Below, one piece after another: positions 27,574 through 36,311 of a DNA stretch of 64,000 nucleotides; the first letter of the stretch is position 1; each line of letters starts with the position of its first letter. The notes beneath the pieces are model-generated. The model did no database searches and was not told the origin of the DNA. It was given only the letters and a program-made list of their open reading frames with translations. The translations under genes were made by a program, and so were the position numbers. This stretch comes from Ignavibacteriota bacterium (GTDB lineage: Bacteria; Bacteroidota; Ignavibacteria; UBA10030; UBA6906): contig CAWDEM010000004.1 of assembly GCA_963801355.1 (NCBI GenBank), positions 896,001 through 960,000 of the forward strand, read 5' to 3'.

Positions 27574-29327
27574 ACGAACAACCAGCCATTGCGGAAGCAC
27601 GCGCAGTAGGCTATGCATACCCCCGGATGAACGTGCCGGCGCTGCAGGGCGTGTCACTCAGGATACGCGCCGGCGAGTTCGTTGCGCTCATGGGGCGGAC
27701 GGGAGCCGGGAAGACCACACTGCTCTCCTTGCTGAACGGCCTCATCCCGCAATTCCATGAGGGGGAGTTCTCGGGTGACGTCGTCGTCAGCCACATGAAC
27801 ACCCGCCGGTACCGCGTCCAGACACTTGCCCGGCGGGTGGGAATGGTGTTGCAGGATACGGAAGCGCAGATTATCGGCTCCACGGTCTTTAACGATGTCG
27901 TCTTTGGTCCGTGCAACCTCGGGCTTCCGCGTGCTCAGGTGATCGACAACGCACGGAACGCACTTGAGGCGGTCGCCCTGACGGGGTTTGAGGATCGTCT
28001 GCCCACAACCCTCTCGGGCGGAGAAATGCAGCGGCTCGCCGTTGCAGGCGTACTCGCCATGGAACCGGTGCTCCTCGCGCTGGACGAACCCACTTCGGAG
28101 CTCGATCCCCTCACGGCGGTCACCCTGTTCGAGTTGCTGGACCGTCTACGCCGTGCCCGCCCCATGGCCATTGTGCTCTCTTCCCATGACACGGAATTGG
28201 TTGCACGATACGCTGATCGACTCCTGGTCGTTGACAGCGGAAGCGTGGTGTGGGATGGTCCTCCCCTGGAGCTCTTCTCCGATGTGTCGCGCTGCCGTGA
28301 GTACGGAATCAGACCACCACAACTCATGGAGCTTCTCACCCGTGTACAGGCGATGGCAATGCTCCCGCCCGGGTCTGCTGGTCTTACCGTGGATGAAGTT
28401 GCCGGTCTCCTCCGTCCCCTCATTGCGCGGGGTGTCGCAAGCAGCCCGGCTGCCGACCCTGCACCTCATGCGACCACGAGCGTCCCGGCAGCGATCGTCA
28501 TTGACGGACTGCATCATGCGTACGGCAATTCGGTCGAGGCCCTGCAGGGTGTCTCCTTGATGATCCAGCAGGGCGAGTTTGTTGCGATTGTGGGGAGAAA
28601 CGGTGCCGGCAAAAGCACACTGGCGAAGCATCTGAACGGACTGTTGCGGCCCGATGCGGGCCATGTGCTTGTCAACGGCAAGGACACGCGCTCCTGCCCG
28701 GTTGCACGCCTCAGCCATGAAGTCGGTTTTGTCTTTCAGAATCCGGATCATCAGATCTTCTGTTCATCCGTCACTGAGGAGCTGGCATTCGGCCTGCGGC
28801 ATGCCGGAGACATTTCTCCGGCCGAAGCCCGCCTGCGGATTCAATCGGCACTCGAATTTGTCGGCCTCCAGGAAATGGGTGATCGTCATCCCTGTACTCT
28901 CGGGAAAGGCGAAAGGCAACTTCTGGCTGTCGCGACCGTGCTGGCCGTTGCCCCGCCAATCATCGTCATTGATGAGCCGACGACCGGTCTTGACTGGCAA
29001 GGAACACAACGCATGATGACCCTCATCCATGCGCTGCACGAGCGACAGCATACGATTATCATCATCACACACGACATGCAGCTGGCCGCGGAACATGCCG
29101 GGCGCATCGTGGTGATGAAGGCGGGCCGTGTCGTTGCCGACGGCTCACCGGCAGCGGTTTTCAAGGAGACAGCAACCATCAAGGATGCATCGCTTGCCCT
29201 TCCTCCGATGGCGGAGCTGGCGCATGCGGTTGTTGATGGGCGGGAGCCGTTGCCGGCGGTCACGCTGGAGCAAATGATATCTCTGCTGCCCCACCCGGCT
29301 CAGGAAGGACACAGGTATGCTCACTGA
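27570..29327 (+). CDS. ecfA: ECF transporter fused double ATPase (A-A')
   Basis: Two NBDs: GRTGAGKT/LSGGEMQR/LDEPT and GRNGAGKS/FQNPDHQ/IDEPT; ATGA-coupled to cblS. Confidence 0.9.
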   Translation: MNEQPAIAEARAVGYAYPRMNVPALQGVSLRIRAGEFVALMGRTGAGKTTLLSLLNGLIPQFHEGEFSGDVVVSHMNTRRYRVQTLARRVGMVLQDTEAQIIGSTVFNDVVFGPCNLGLPRAQVIDNARNALEAVALTGFEDRLPTTLSGGEMQRLAVAGVLAMEPVLLALDEPTSELDPLTAVTLFELLDRLRRARPMAIVLSSHDTELVARYADRLLVVDSGSVVWDGPPLELFSDVSRCREYGIRPPQLMELLTRVQAMAMLPPGSAGLTVDEVAGLLRPLIARGVASSPAADPAPHATTSVPAAIVIDGLHHAYGNSVEALQGVSLMIQQGEFVAIVGRNGAGKSTLAKHLNGLLRPDAGHVLVNGKDTRSCPVARLSHEVGFVFQNPDHQIFCSSVTEELAFGLRHAGDISPAEARLRIQSALEFVGLQEMGDRHPCTLGKGERQLLAVATVLAVAPPIIVIDEPTTGLDWQGTQRMMTLIHALHERQHTIIIITHDMQLAAEHAGRIVVMKAGRVVADGSPAAVFKETATIKDASLALPPMAELAHAVVDGREPLPAVTLEQMISLLPHPAQEGHRYAH

Positions 29328-30126
29328 GTACCGGCCGGGGAACTCTCTTCTGCACCAGCTGGATGTCCGGACAAAGCTGTTCTGTTTTGTGGTGGCAATC
29401 GTCCTGGCATTCGGTTTTCAGCATCCCCTCATCAACGGAGCTATCCTGCTCGGTCTGTTTATTCTGGCGTGGTCCATGCGGCTGCCCCTGCAGGGAATCG
29501 GCCGCATGCTGGGTCTGCTGGCGCCCGTTTTCGCCGTCATGTTTGCTGTGACGGCTTTCACCTTCACCCCTGAGCGGTTCACTACCGCCGCCGCACAGCG
29601 GGTGCTCTTTTTCCTCTTTCCGGGAGACGCAGCGCCGCTGACGGTGGGAGGGATTCTTGTGGGTCTGACCCTTGTGTGCCGTATGGGTATTTTTGTCCTT
29701 GCGTCATCGCTGTTTGCACAGACAACGCCGGTTGATGATTTCCTGCGGTTGGGCCGCCGCCTGAAGATCTCACAGAAATTTGCATTCATCATCACGATGG
29801 CTGTCCGGTTTGTTCCCACTATGGAAGGAAAAGCTGCGCAAGTACTCGACGCGCAGCGGGCCCGGGGCCTGGATATTTCAGAAGGGGGTTTCTTCGGACG
29901 CATGCGTGCGTACCTGACACTGATGATTCCCATGGTGGTGGACAGCATCCGGATGTCGGAGACGCTGGCTATCTCCATGGTCAACCGGGGCTTCGGTGCC
30001 ACAAAACAATCGACGCAGCTTGAGGATTTGAAGATGCGGCGAGCAGACTATGTCACCATCGTGATCACCTGCGCAGTGCTGTTAACAGGCCTTCTGATGA
30101 TGCGCGGCGGCATAGGTGTCCTCTAA
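29317..30126 (+). CDS. ecfT: ECF transporter transmembrane T component
   Basis: YRPGNSLLHQLDVRTKL, RFVP, AQRARG and SMVNRGF (paired xRG motifs). Confidence 0.92.
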   Translation: MLTEYRPGNSLLHQLDVRTKLFCFVVAIVLAFGFQHPLINGAILLGLFILAWSMRLPLQGIGRMLGLLAPVFAVMFAVTAFTFTPERFTTAAAQRVLFFLFPGDAAPLTVGGILVGLTLVCRMGIFVLASSLFAQTTPVDDFLRLGRRLKISQKFAFIITMAVRFVPTMEGKAAQVLDAQRARGLDISEGGFFGRMRAYLTLMIPMVVDSIRMSETLAISMVNRGFGATKQSTQLEDLKMRRADYVTIVITCAVLLTGLLMMRGGIGVL

Positions 30127-30139
30127 AGGACGGTCAACA

Positions 30140-31156
30140 ATGATCAGTGAACAAGCCTTCTTTAGAAAAGCCTTCGGGTGTCTTGCCGGTGTAGCATGCG
30201 GTGATGCGATGGGGATGCCGACATCCATGATGTCTCCCGACGCCGTCCGCAAGGCATTTCCACAGGGAATCGACGCCTTCAGGCCGCCACCGCCGGGGCA
30301 CCCGATTCACGGAGGGTTGCTTGCCGGACAGGTGACTGATGATACCATGCAGACACTTGTTGTGGCCGACGCCATCCTTGACGACAGGGGGGTCATCCCG
30401 CGCAACCTGGCGCTGGGTCTTCTCCGCTGGGCCGAAAGTCTGAATGGCTTTCAGTCCTCGTTGCTCGGGCCGAGTTCCCTCCGCGCGCTGCGCGCCATCA
30501 AGGAAGGGAAGGATATCAATGAAACCGGCGCATTCGGAGATACGAATGGTGCATGCATGAGGATTGCCCCTGTCGGGATCATCCACGCAGGAGAAATTCT
30601 CGAAACTGTTGACGACGTCGCCCTTGCCTGCCTTCCAACACACAACACCAACATTGCGATCGCGGGTGCTTCGGCGGTGGCATGTGCGATTGCGGCCGGC
30701 ATCACCGGCGTTGACGGCATCAACGGTGTCTTGCAGGCGGCACGTGTCGGGGCTGAGCTTGGCATGCAGAGAGGGCGTCCCTGGTATGGGGCATCCATCA
30801 CCGCGCGTCTGGACCTCGCACGGCACTATGGCGCCCTGCACCCGACGGACGAGAAGTTCCTCGGCTATCTCTATGACATCATCGGTGCGGGTGTGGCAGT
30901 GACAGAGACCGTTCCCGCGTGTCTCGCTCTCGTGGAGTTCGCAGGCGGTGATCCGGTGCGGACCATCACCCTTGCCGCGAATCTGGGCGGGGACGCCGAC
31001 ACCATTGCCTCCATCGCCGGAGGAATCGCGGGAGCCTATGCCGGCATCGACGCATTTCCGGCGGCGTTACTGCAGACCATCGAGACGGTCAATCATCTTG
31101 ATCTGGAGACGTACGCGTACAGGCTGACCCAGTTCGCTCTGTACCGAAGAAAATGA
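30140..31156 (+). CDS. ADP-ribosylglycohydrolase (ARH/DraG) family protein, YegU-like
   Basis: GDAMGMP, GQVTDDT, LGPS, TNGACMRIAP, PTH, ETVP, GGDADTIASIAG. Confidence 0.92.
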   Translation: MISEQAFFRKAFGCLAGVACGDAMGMPTSMMSPDAVRKAFPQGIDAFRPPPPGHPIHGGLLAGQVTDDTMQTLVVADAILDDRGVIPRNLALGLLRWAESLNGFQSSLLGPSSLRALRAIKEGKDINETGAFGDTNGACMRIAPVGIIHAGEILETVDDVALACLPTHNTNIAIAGASAVACAIAAGITGVDGINGVLQAARVGAELGMQRGRPWYGASITARLDLARHYGALHPTDEKFLGYLYDIIGAGVAVTETVPACLALVEFAGGDPVRTITLAANLGGDADTIASIAGGIAGAYAGIDAFPAALLQTIETVNHLDLETYAYRLTQFALYRRK

Positions 31157-31190
31157 CAGTGTCAATCCATCGCTCTGCGGGAGAGTTCGT

Positions 31191-33020
31191 GTGAACGCAT
31201 ACGGCCATCTCATCATTCTTGCACTCGCGACCACTGTGTCCGCCCTAACAGCGAACGCACAGCACGCAACGGTGGTTGTTCCGTCTTCCACGCGCCTGAC
31301 CTTTGCAGTCATGGGTGATCCGCAGCCCGAGGAACCTCCGACCGAGGAACCCCTTGCGTTCCGGGAAATCCTCCGCGACCTGCATGCGTTGAACCCTGAT
31401 GCGATCATGATCGTGGGAGACCTGATCAGAGGATTTACCGACGATTCTCTGATGCTCCGCCGGGAGTGGGAGGGCTTCTTTGCGGCGGTACGGGGATTCA
31501 CGATTCCCTTTATGTATGCTGTCGGGAATCATGATATCTGGGATGAGCGGAGCCAGAGGGAATACCTCAAGCACTTTGGCAGTCTGTACGGCTCCTGGGA
31601 CATCGGTGCAGTCCATTTTATCAGCCTGAACAGCTTCGACCTTGGTGGGCACAACACCATCCCCGCCGGGCAGCTGGAGTGGCTGCGAAACGACCTGGAA
31701 GCCCATCGATCGGCCCGTCACATTTTTGTGGGTGTGCACACCCCGCTCTGGGCGTTCGGGAACGCCAGCAACTGGCAGAGTGAAGTCCACCCACTGCTCA
31801 GGCGGTACAATGTCAGGGCTGTGTTTGCCGGACACTGGCATATCTATCAGCGCTCCGGGATACAGGACGGCATCCGCTACTACATCACCGGAGGGGCGGG
31901 CGGGATGATGCCGGAAACCTCCACCGGCACCGGCGATTTCCACCACTACATGCTGATCTCCGTCCGTGACGACAGCGTCTCCTATGCTGTCATGACACCC
32001 GGCTCTGTGATGAAGGATGATATTGTGACCAGGGAAAGCTCCGCTTTCTTCATGAAACTGGCCGATGAAGTTGTCGGCGATCCCCGCCTCCTTCTCCGGG
32101 ATGACTCTTCCGCAACGGCCACAGCAACAGTGCGGGTGAAGAACGTATTCGCCGCTCCGCTCCACGGGAACCTCCGATGGGTCCTCTCCCCGGAAATGTT
32201 CACGCTGGATCGGTATGAACGGGAATTTGTGCTTGCGCCGGGTGACCGGGCCGACCTCCGTTTCGCATTCACCGCGCGCGCCGGGTCCACTTCTGCATTT
32301 ACCACCCGACCCAGACCCCGTTTTGAATGCACTCTCCGCCTCGGTGATTCGGCACTCGGGCCCCCCGTCACCAAAGAACTGGTCATCGTACACACCGTAG
32401 CGTCTGTGCAACTGCACGGACGCATGGCCATCGATGGCAATCTGGCCGACTGGCCGGGCTCGTGGCCGATCACGATTGCATCCCGTAGCCAGGTAACGCT
32501 TGTGCCCGGACGATGGGCCGGGCCACAGGAGTCATCGGGCGAATTTGCGGTCGCTCTGGGTGACTCGGAGCTCTATTTCGCCGGCCGTGTGGTTGATCCC
32601 GACATCCTGCATGCAAGCCGCGAAGCTGAGCCGTATCAGGCCGATGCTGTCTCGCTCTACCTCGACCTTCGTGATTCCCTCAGTTTTCAACAACGATTCT
32701 TCACCGACGGCATCTTCCTTGCGGTGTTTGCACCGGAATCCGACGATCACCGGAAGGCCTACTGGATATCGGTCTATCCCAATGCGCATCCGATGAAAGA
32801 TATCAGGTTCGGATCACAACGTACGGATGACGAGTACACCGTTGAAGCGTCAATCCCGCTCCGGGAATTACCCCATTTCCCCGGGAGGGGATCAACCGTT
32901 GGCCTGGACGTGTGCATCGACAACCTTCAGGCAAACGGCAACCGGACCAGACTGCTCTGGAACGGGATATGGGCGAATTTCATGTATGCCAATCGTTACG
33001 GACTTCTCCATCTCCGGTGA
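31191..33020 (+). CDS. Secreted calcineurin-like metallophosphoesterase with C-terminal CBM9-like domain
   Basis: Signal peptide; GDPQ, VGDL, GNHD, GHWH motifs; C-terminal IDGNLADW...YTVEASIP. Confidence 0.85.
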   Translation: MNAYGHLIILALATTVSALTANAQHATVVVPSSTRLTFAVMGDPQPEEPPTEEPLAFREILRDLHALNPDAIMIVGDLIRGFTDDSLMLRREWEGFFAAVRGFTIPFMYAVGNHDIWDERSQREYLKHFGSLYGSWDIGAVHFISLNSFDLGGHNTIPAGQLEWLRNDLEAHRSARHIFVGVHTPLWAFGNASNWQSEVHPLLRRYNVRAVFAGHWHIYQRSGIQDGIRYYITGGAGGMMPETSTGTGDFHHYMLISVRDDSVSYAVMTPGSVMKDDIVTRESSAFFMKLADEVVGDPRLLLRDDSSATATATVRVKNVFAAPLHGNLRWVLSPEMFTLDRYEREFVLAPGDRADLRFAFTARAGSTSAFTTRPRPRFECTLRLGDSALGPPVTKELVIVHTVASVQLHGRMAIDGNLADWPGSWPITIASRSQVTLVPGRWAGPQESSGEFAVALGDSELYFAGRVVDPDILHASREAEPYQADAVSLYLDLRDSLSFQQRFFTDGIFLAVFAPESDDHRKAYWISVYPNAHPMKDIRFGSQRTDDEYTVEASIPLRELPHFPGRGSTVGLDVCIDNLQANGNRTRLLWNGIWANFMYANRYGLLHLR

Positions 33021-33042
33021 AGCGGAAAAACGGATCATACCC

Positions 33043-34071
33043 ATGAGCGACACAACGGAGTGGTCGGCGCGGGTGCGGAAGATGCCCAAGGTGGAACTCC
33101 ATCTCCATCTTGAAGGTGCCTTCACGCTCGAGACGCTCCTCAGGCTCATCAGGAAGCATGAGCCCTCCTCGTCGATCCACTCGACGGATGATCTGCAGGC
33201 GCGGTTGACCTACACCGACTTCTCCGGTTTCATCGATGCGTGGAACTGGAAGAATTCCTTTTTTCGGTCTGGCAAAGACTTTGAGCTCCTGGCATACCAT
33301 ACGCTCGAGTCGCTGAGCCGGCAGAATGTTCTGTATGTTGAGCCGTTCTTTTCACCCTGGGATTTCGAGGACAACGGCATCAGTATGGAAGAGATCACGG
33401 AGTCCATTCTCGCCGGCTGCGCCCGCGCGACGCGCGACTCCGGTATCGAATGGAATCTCATCGCCGATATCAACCGGGAGCACGGTCCGGAAAAGGGAAT
33501 GGCACGGATCGAACAGATTCTCCGGTACCGTGACCGCGGGGTGATCGGCGTCGGGTTGGGGGGGAGGGAGAAAGAATATCCGGCGGAGCGATTTGCACAG
33601 GTCTACGCGCAGGCGGACCGGGGGCGCTTGCTGCTCACCGCGCACGCAGGCGAAGCGGATGGACCGGCATCGATCCGGGCGGCGCTCGACCGGCTTCACG
33701 TCCATCGCATCGGGCACGGCATCAGGGCGCGCGAGGATGACGCTTTGATGGCACAGCTGGCTGAACGGAAGATACCGCTCGAAGTGTGTATCACCAGCAA
33801 TGTGAAGACGGGCGTGGTGCCGTCGTTGCGCGGGCATCCGGTGCGCACACTCTTCGACCGGCATCTGTATGTCACGATCAACAGTGATGACCCCACAATG
33901 TTTGATTGCTCTCTCACGGGAGAATATCTCTTGCTGCTCGAGCAGCTGGGATTCACGCCCGCCGAGATCAAAACCCTGAGCCTGAACGGAGTCACGGCAT
34001 CGGGGCTGGATGAGCATGCGAAGCTGAAGCTCTGTTCTCGCTTCGAGGAATTCTGGACGCAGTATCTCTGA
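33043..34071 (+). CDS. add: Adenosine/adenine deaminase family protein
   Basis: PKVELHLHLEG, AHAGE, RIGHG, EVCITSN, NSDDP. Confidence 0.9.
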   Translation: MSDTTEWSARVRKMPKVELHLHLEGAFTLETLLRLIRKHEPSSSIHSTDDLQARLTYTDFSGFIDAWNWKNSFFRSGKDFELLAYHTLESLSRQNVLYVEPFFSPWDFEDNGISMEEITESILAGCARATRDSGIEWNLIADINREHGPEKGMARIEQILRYRDRGVIGVGLGGREKEYPAERFAQVYAQADRGRLLLTAHAGEADGPASIRAALDRLHVHRIGHGIRAREDDALMAQLAERKIPLEVCITSNVKTGVVPSLRGHPVRTLFDRHLYVTINSDDPTMFDCSLTGEYLLLLEQLGFTPAEIKTLSLNGVTASGLDEHAKLKLCSRFEEFWTQYL

Positions 34072-34092
34072 AACAGATCAAGGAATGTTCCC

Positions 34093-35025
34093 ATGAAGAA
34101 GCTCACGCACGTTCCCGGACAGAACATCGCGGGCATTGTCTGCTTGATGGTCCTGGCTGCCTCTCCGCTGTTCGGGCAGATCAGGATTGTCAGCCTTTCG
34201 CCGACGCCTACCGAAATTGTGTACGCGCTGGGGGCCGGAGGACAGCTCGTCGGCGCCACCAGCGTGTGCATCGAGCCCCCGGAAGTCCTGCGCGACATTG
34301 CAGAAGGCAGGGTGAAAATCGTCAGCAACTTCAACACTACAGACTTCGCCTTGATCGACTCCCTGAAGCCCGGCCTGATTCTCACGGATACGGACTTCCA
34401 GCGTAAAATTACCGCGGAGCTTCGCGCCAAAGGCTACAAAGTGCTCCACTATGTTCCCAGGACTCTGCGCGATGTCTTCCAGAGTATGGAGGAGATCGGT
34501 GAAGCTATCGGGAAGGGCGCGTACGCCCGCCAGCTGACCGCGCAGTACTGGGCCGAGATCGATTCCATTAAAGCGAAAAGCCGGACCCTCCAGAAAACCC
34601 GCGTCTATATAGAGATCAACCATATCGGTCCGTGGGCGGTGGGCGCGATTTCTCCGCTGAACGATCTCATCGAGGCCGCCGGTGGACAGAACATCTTTGC
34701 CGACAGCGCCTGCGGGGTGTTCAAAACGACGAACGAAGAGATCGTCCGCCGGAACCCGGAAGTGATTCTTTCTCCCATCTGGCTTCATGCAAAGCTGGGG
34801 CGGTACGATGGGATTACACCGCTTGCTGAGATCTATGCGCGCAAAGGATATGACTCCACCGCGGCTGTTCAGCGGAGCCGCGTACTCTACTATGATTCCG
34901 CCCTGCTGAAGCATGAAGGTCCCCGCCAGGTGCTGGCGATCCGCAAGCTGGCGCGCATTCTGCATCCCGAGGTCTTTCCGGACCCCCCGGGAACGATCCC
35001 CTGGGAGCTCGGATGGATCAGATGA
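34093..35025 (+). CDS. btuF: Periplasmic cobalamin/Fe-siderophore-binding protein (BtuF-like)
   Basis: RIVSLSPTPTEIVYALG, AGGQNIF, EEIVRRNPEVI, GPR; signal peptide. Confidence 0.8.
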   Translation: MKKLTHVPGQNIAGIVCLMVLAASPLFGQIRIVSLSPTPTEIVYALGAGGQLVGATSVCIEPPEVLRDIAEGRVKIVSNFNTTDFALIDSLKPGLILTDTDFQRKITAELRAKGYKVLHYVPRTLRDVFQSMEEIGEAIGKGAYARQLTAQYWAEIDSIKAKSRTLQKTRVYIEINHIGPWAVGAISPLNDLIEAAGGQNIFADSACGVFKTTNEEIVRRNPEVILSPIWLHAKLGRYDGITPLAEIYARKGYDSTAAVQRSRVLYYDSALLKHEGPRQVLAIRKLARILHPEVFPDPPGTIPWELGWIR

Positions 35026-36278
35026 ACGAGGCAGCCACAGTATCGGAGACAAAAGACACCGCGATGAAGCAAGAATTTCTCGTTGCCAATCCTGATCTGG
35101 CGCCGGAAGGGCGCCGCAAAATCGAATGGGTGGCCCCCCGGATGCCGGTGCTCAACCGTTTGTGCGACCGTTTTCGCGCGGACGATGTTTTCCAGGGGAG
35201 GACCCTCGCCGTTTCCGTCCACCTCGAAGCAAAGACCGCCTACCTCTGCCTGGTGATGAAGAAGCTCGGGGCGGATGTGTGGGCGACGGGGAGCAACCCC
35301 TTCTCCACCAAAGACGACGTGACGGCCGCCCTGGTCGAAGAAGGTATCCACGTCTTCGCGCGCCACGGGGTCAGCGAGCAGGAGCACCGGACCGAATTGG
35401 CATTCATCACGAACGCGAGACCCGAAGCAGTGCTCGACGACGGAGCGGATCTTTGTATGGCGCTCCATGCGCAGCCCGAGCGCGGCAACCGGCTCAGAGG
35501 CCTCAGCGAAGAGACGACGACCGGGGTGCGCCGCCTCCAGCATCTTGCCGCGGAGGGGAAACTGCTCTTTCCCGCGATCACCGTGAACAATGCGAAATCC
35601 AAGCACCTCTTCGACAACCGGTATGGCACCGGACAGTCGACCTGGACAGCCATCACGCACCTGACGAATATGAACGTCGCCGGGCGGACGGTGGTGATTC
35701 TCGGCTACGGCTGGGTGGGGATGGGTGTTGCCTCTCAAGCGCGGGGCATGGGGGCGCACGTTGTGGTGACGGAGGTCGATCCCTGGAAGGCTCTGGAAGC
35801 CCACATGGATGGATTCACGGTGATGCCGCTGGAATCGGCAGCGCGCATCGGCCACATCTTTGTCACGGCGACCGGACTGGAAGGAATCTTGCGGACGGAG
35901 CATATCGCGCTAATGCCCGAGGGCGCGCTGATCGCCAATGCCGGCCATTCCGACCTGGAAACCGATGTCCCCGGCCTTCGCACAATAGCCAGGTCGGTAC
36001 GGGAAGCACGGGAGAATGTCTACGGCTATCTTCTCCCGAACGGAAGGAATGTCTTTCTGCTTGCCGACGGACGCATCGTGAATATCGCCGGCGGATTCGG
36101 TCATCCCGTAGAAATTATGGATATGTCCTTCTCACTCCAGCTGGCGTCGCTCCACTATTTGTTGCGCACTCCACAGCGCGATCCCGGGATCTACGCTCTG
36201 CCCACGGAGATCGACGAACTTGTGGCCAGGGAAAAACTCGCCGCCGAAGGAGTGGCAATTGACGCAGTAAAGAGTTGA
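35022..36278 (+). CDS. ahcY: S-adenosyl/S-inosyl-homocysteine hydrolase
   Basis: HLEAKTA, SNPFST, LDDGAD, EETTTG, KHLFDNRYGT, GYGWVG, NAGH, GHP; ATGA-coupled to btuF. Confidence 0.92.
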   Translation: MNEAATVSETKDTAMKQEFLVANPDLAPEGRRKIEWVAPRMPVLNRLCDRFRADDVFQGRTLAVSVHLEAKTAYLCLVMKKLGADVWATGSNPFSTKDDVTAALVEEGIHVFARHGVSEQEHRTELAFITNARPEAVLDDGADLCMALHAQPERGNRLRGLSEETTTGVRRLQHLAAEGKLLFPAITVNNAKSKHLFDNRYGTGQSTWTAITHLTNMNVAGRTVVILGYGWVGMGVASQARGMGAHVVVTEVDPWKALEAHMDGFTVMPLESAARIGHIFVTATGLEGILRTEHIALMPEGALIANAGHSDLETDVPGLRTIARSVREARENVYGYLLPNGRNVFLLADGRIVNIAGGFGHPVEIMDMSFSLQLASLHYLLRTPQRDPGIYALPTEIDELVAREKLAAEGVAIDAVKS

Positions 36279-36311
36279 CATTCTCAGATCTCAGTGTATC
36301 ATGGAGGCAAT

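Noticed and set aside
30140-31156. ARH as toxin immunity protein or nitrogenase DraG
   Set aside because: No ADP-ribosyltransferase, secretion-system effector, draT or nif genes in the window; the context is metabolic.
36275-36302. Internal promoter TTGACA-16-TATCAT before the first TonB receptor
   Set aside because: The spacer is 16 nt and the predicted +1 would fall downstream of the GGAGG RBS; possible but unsupported.
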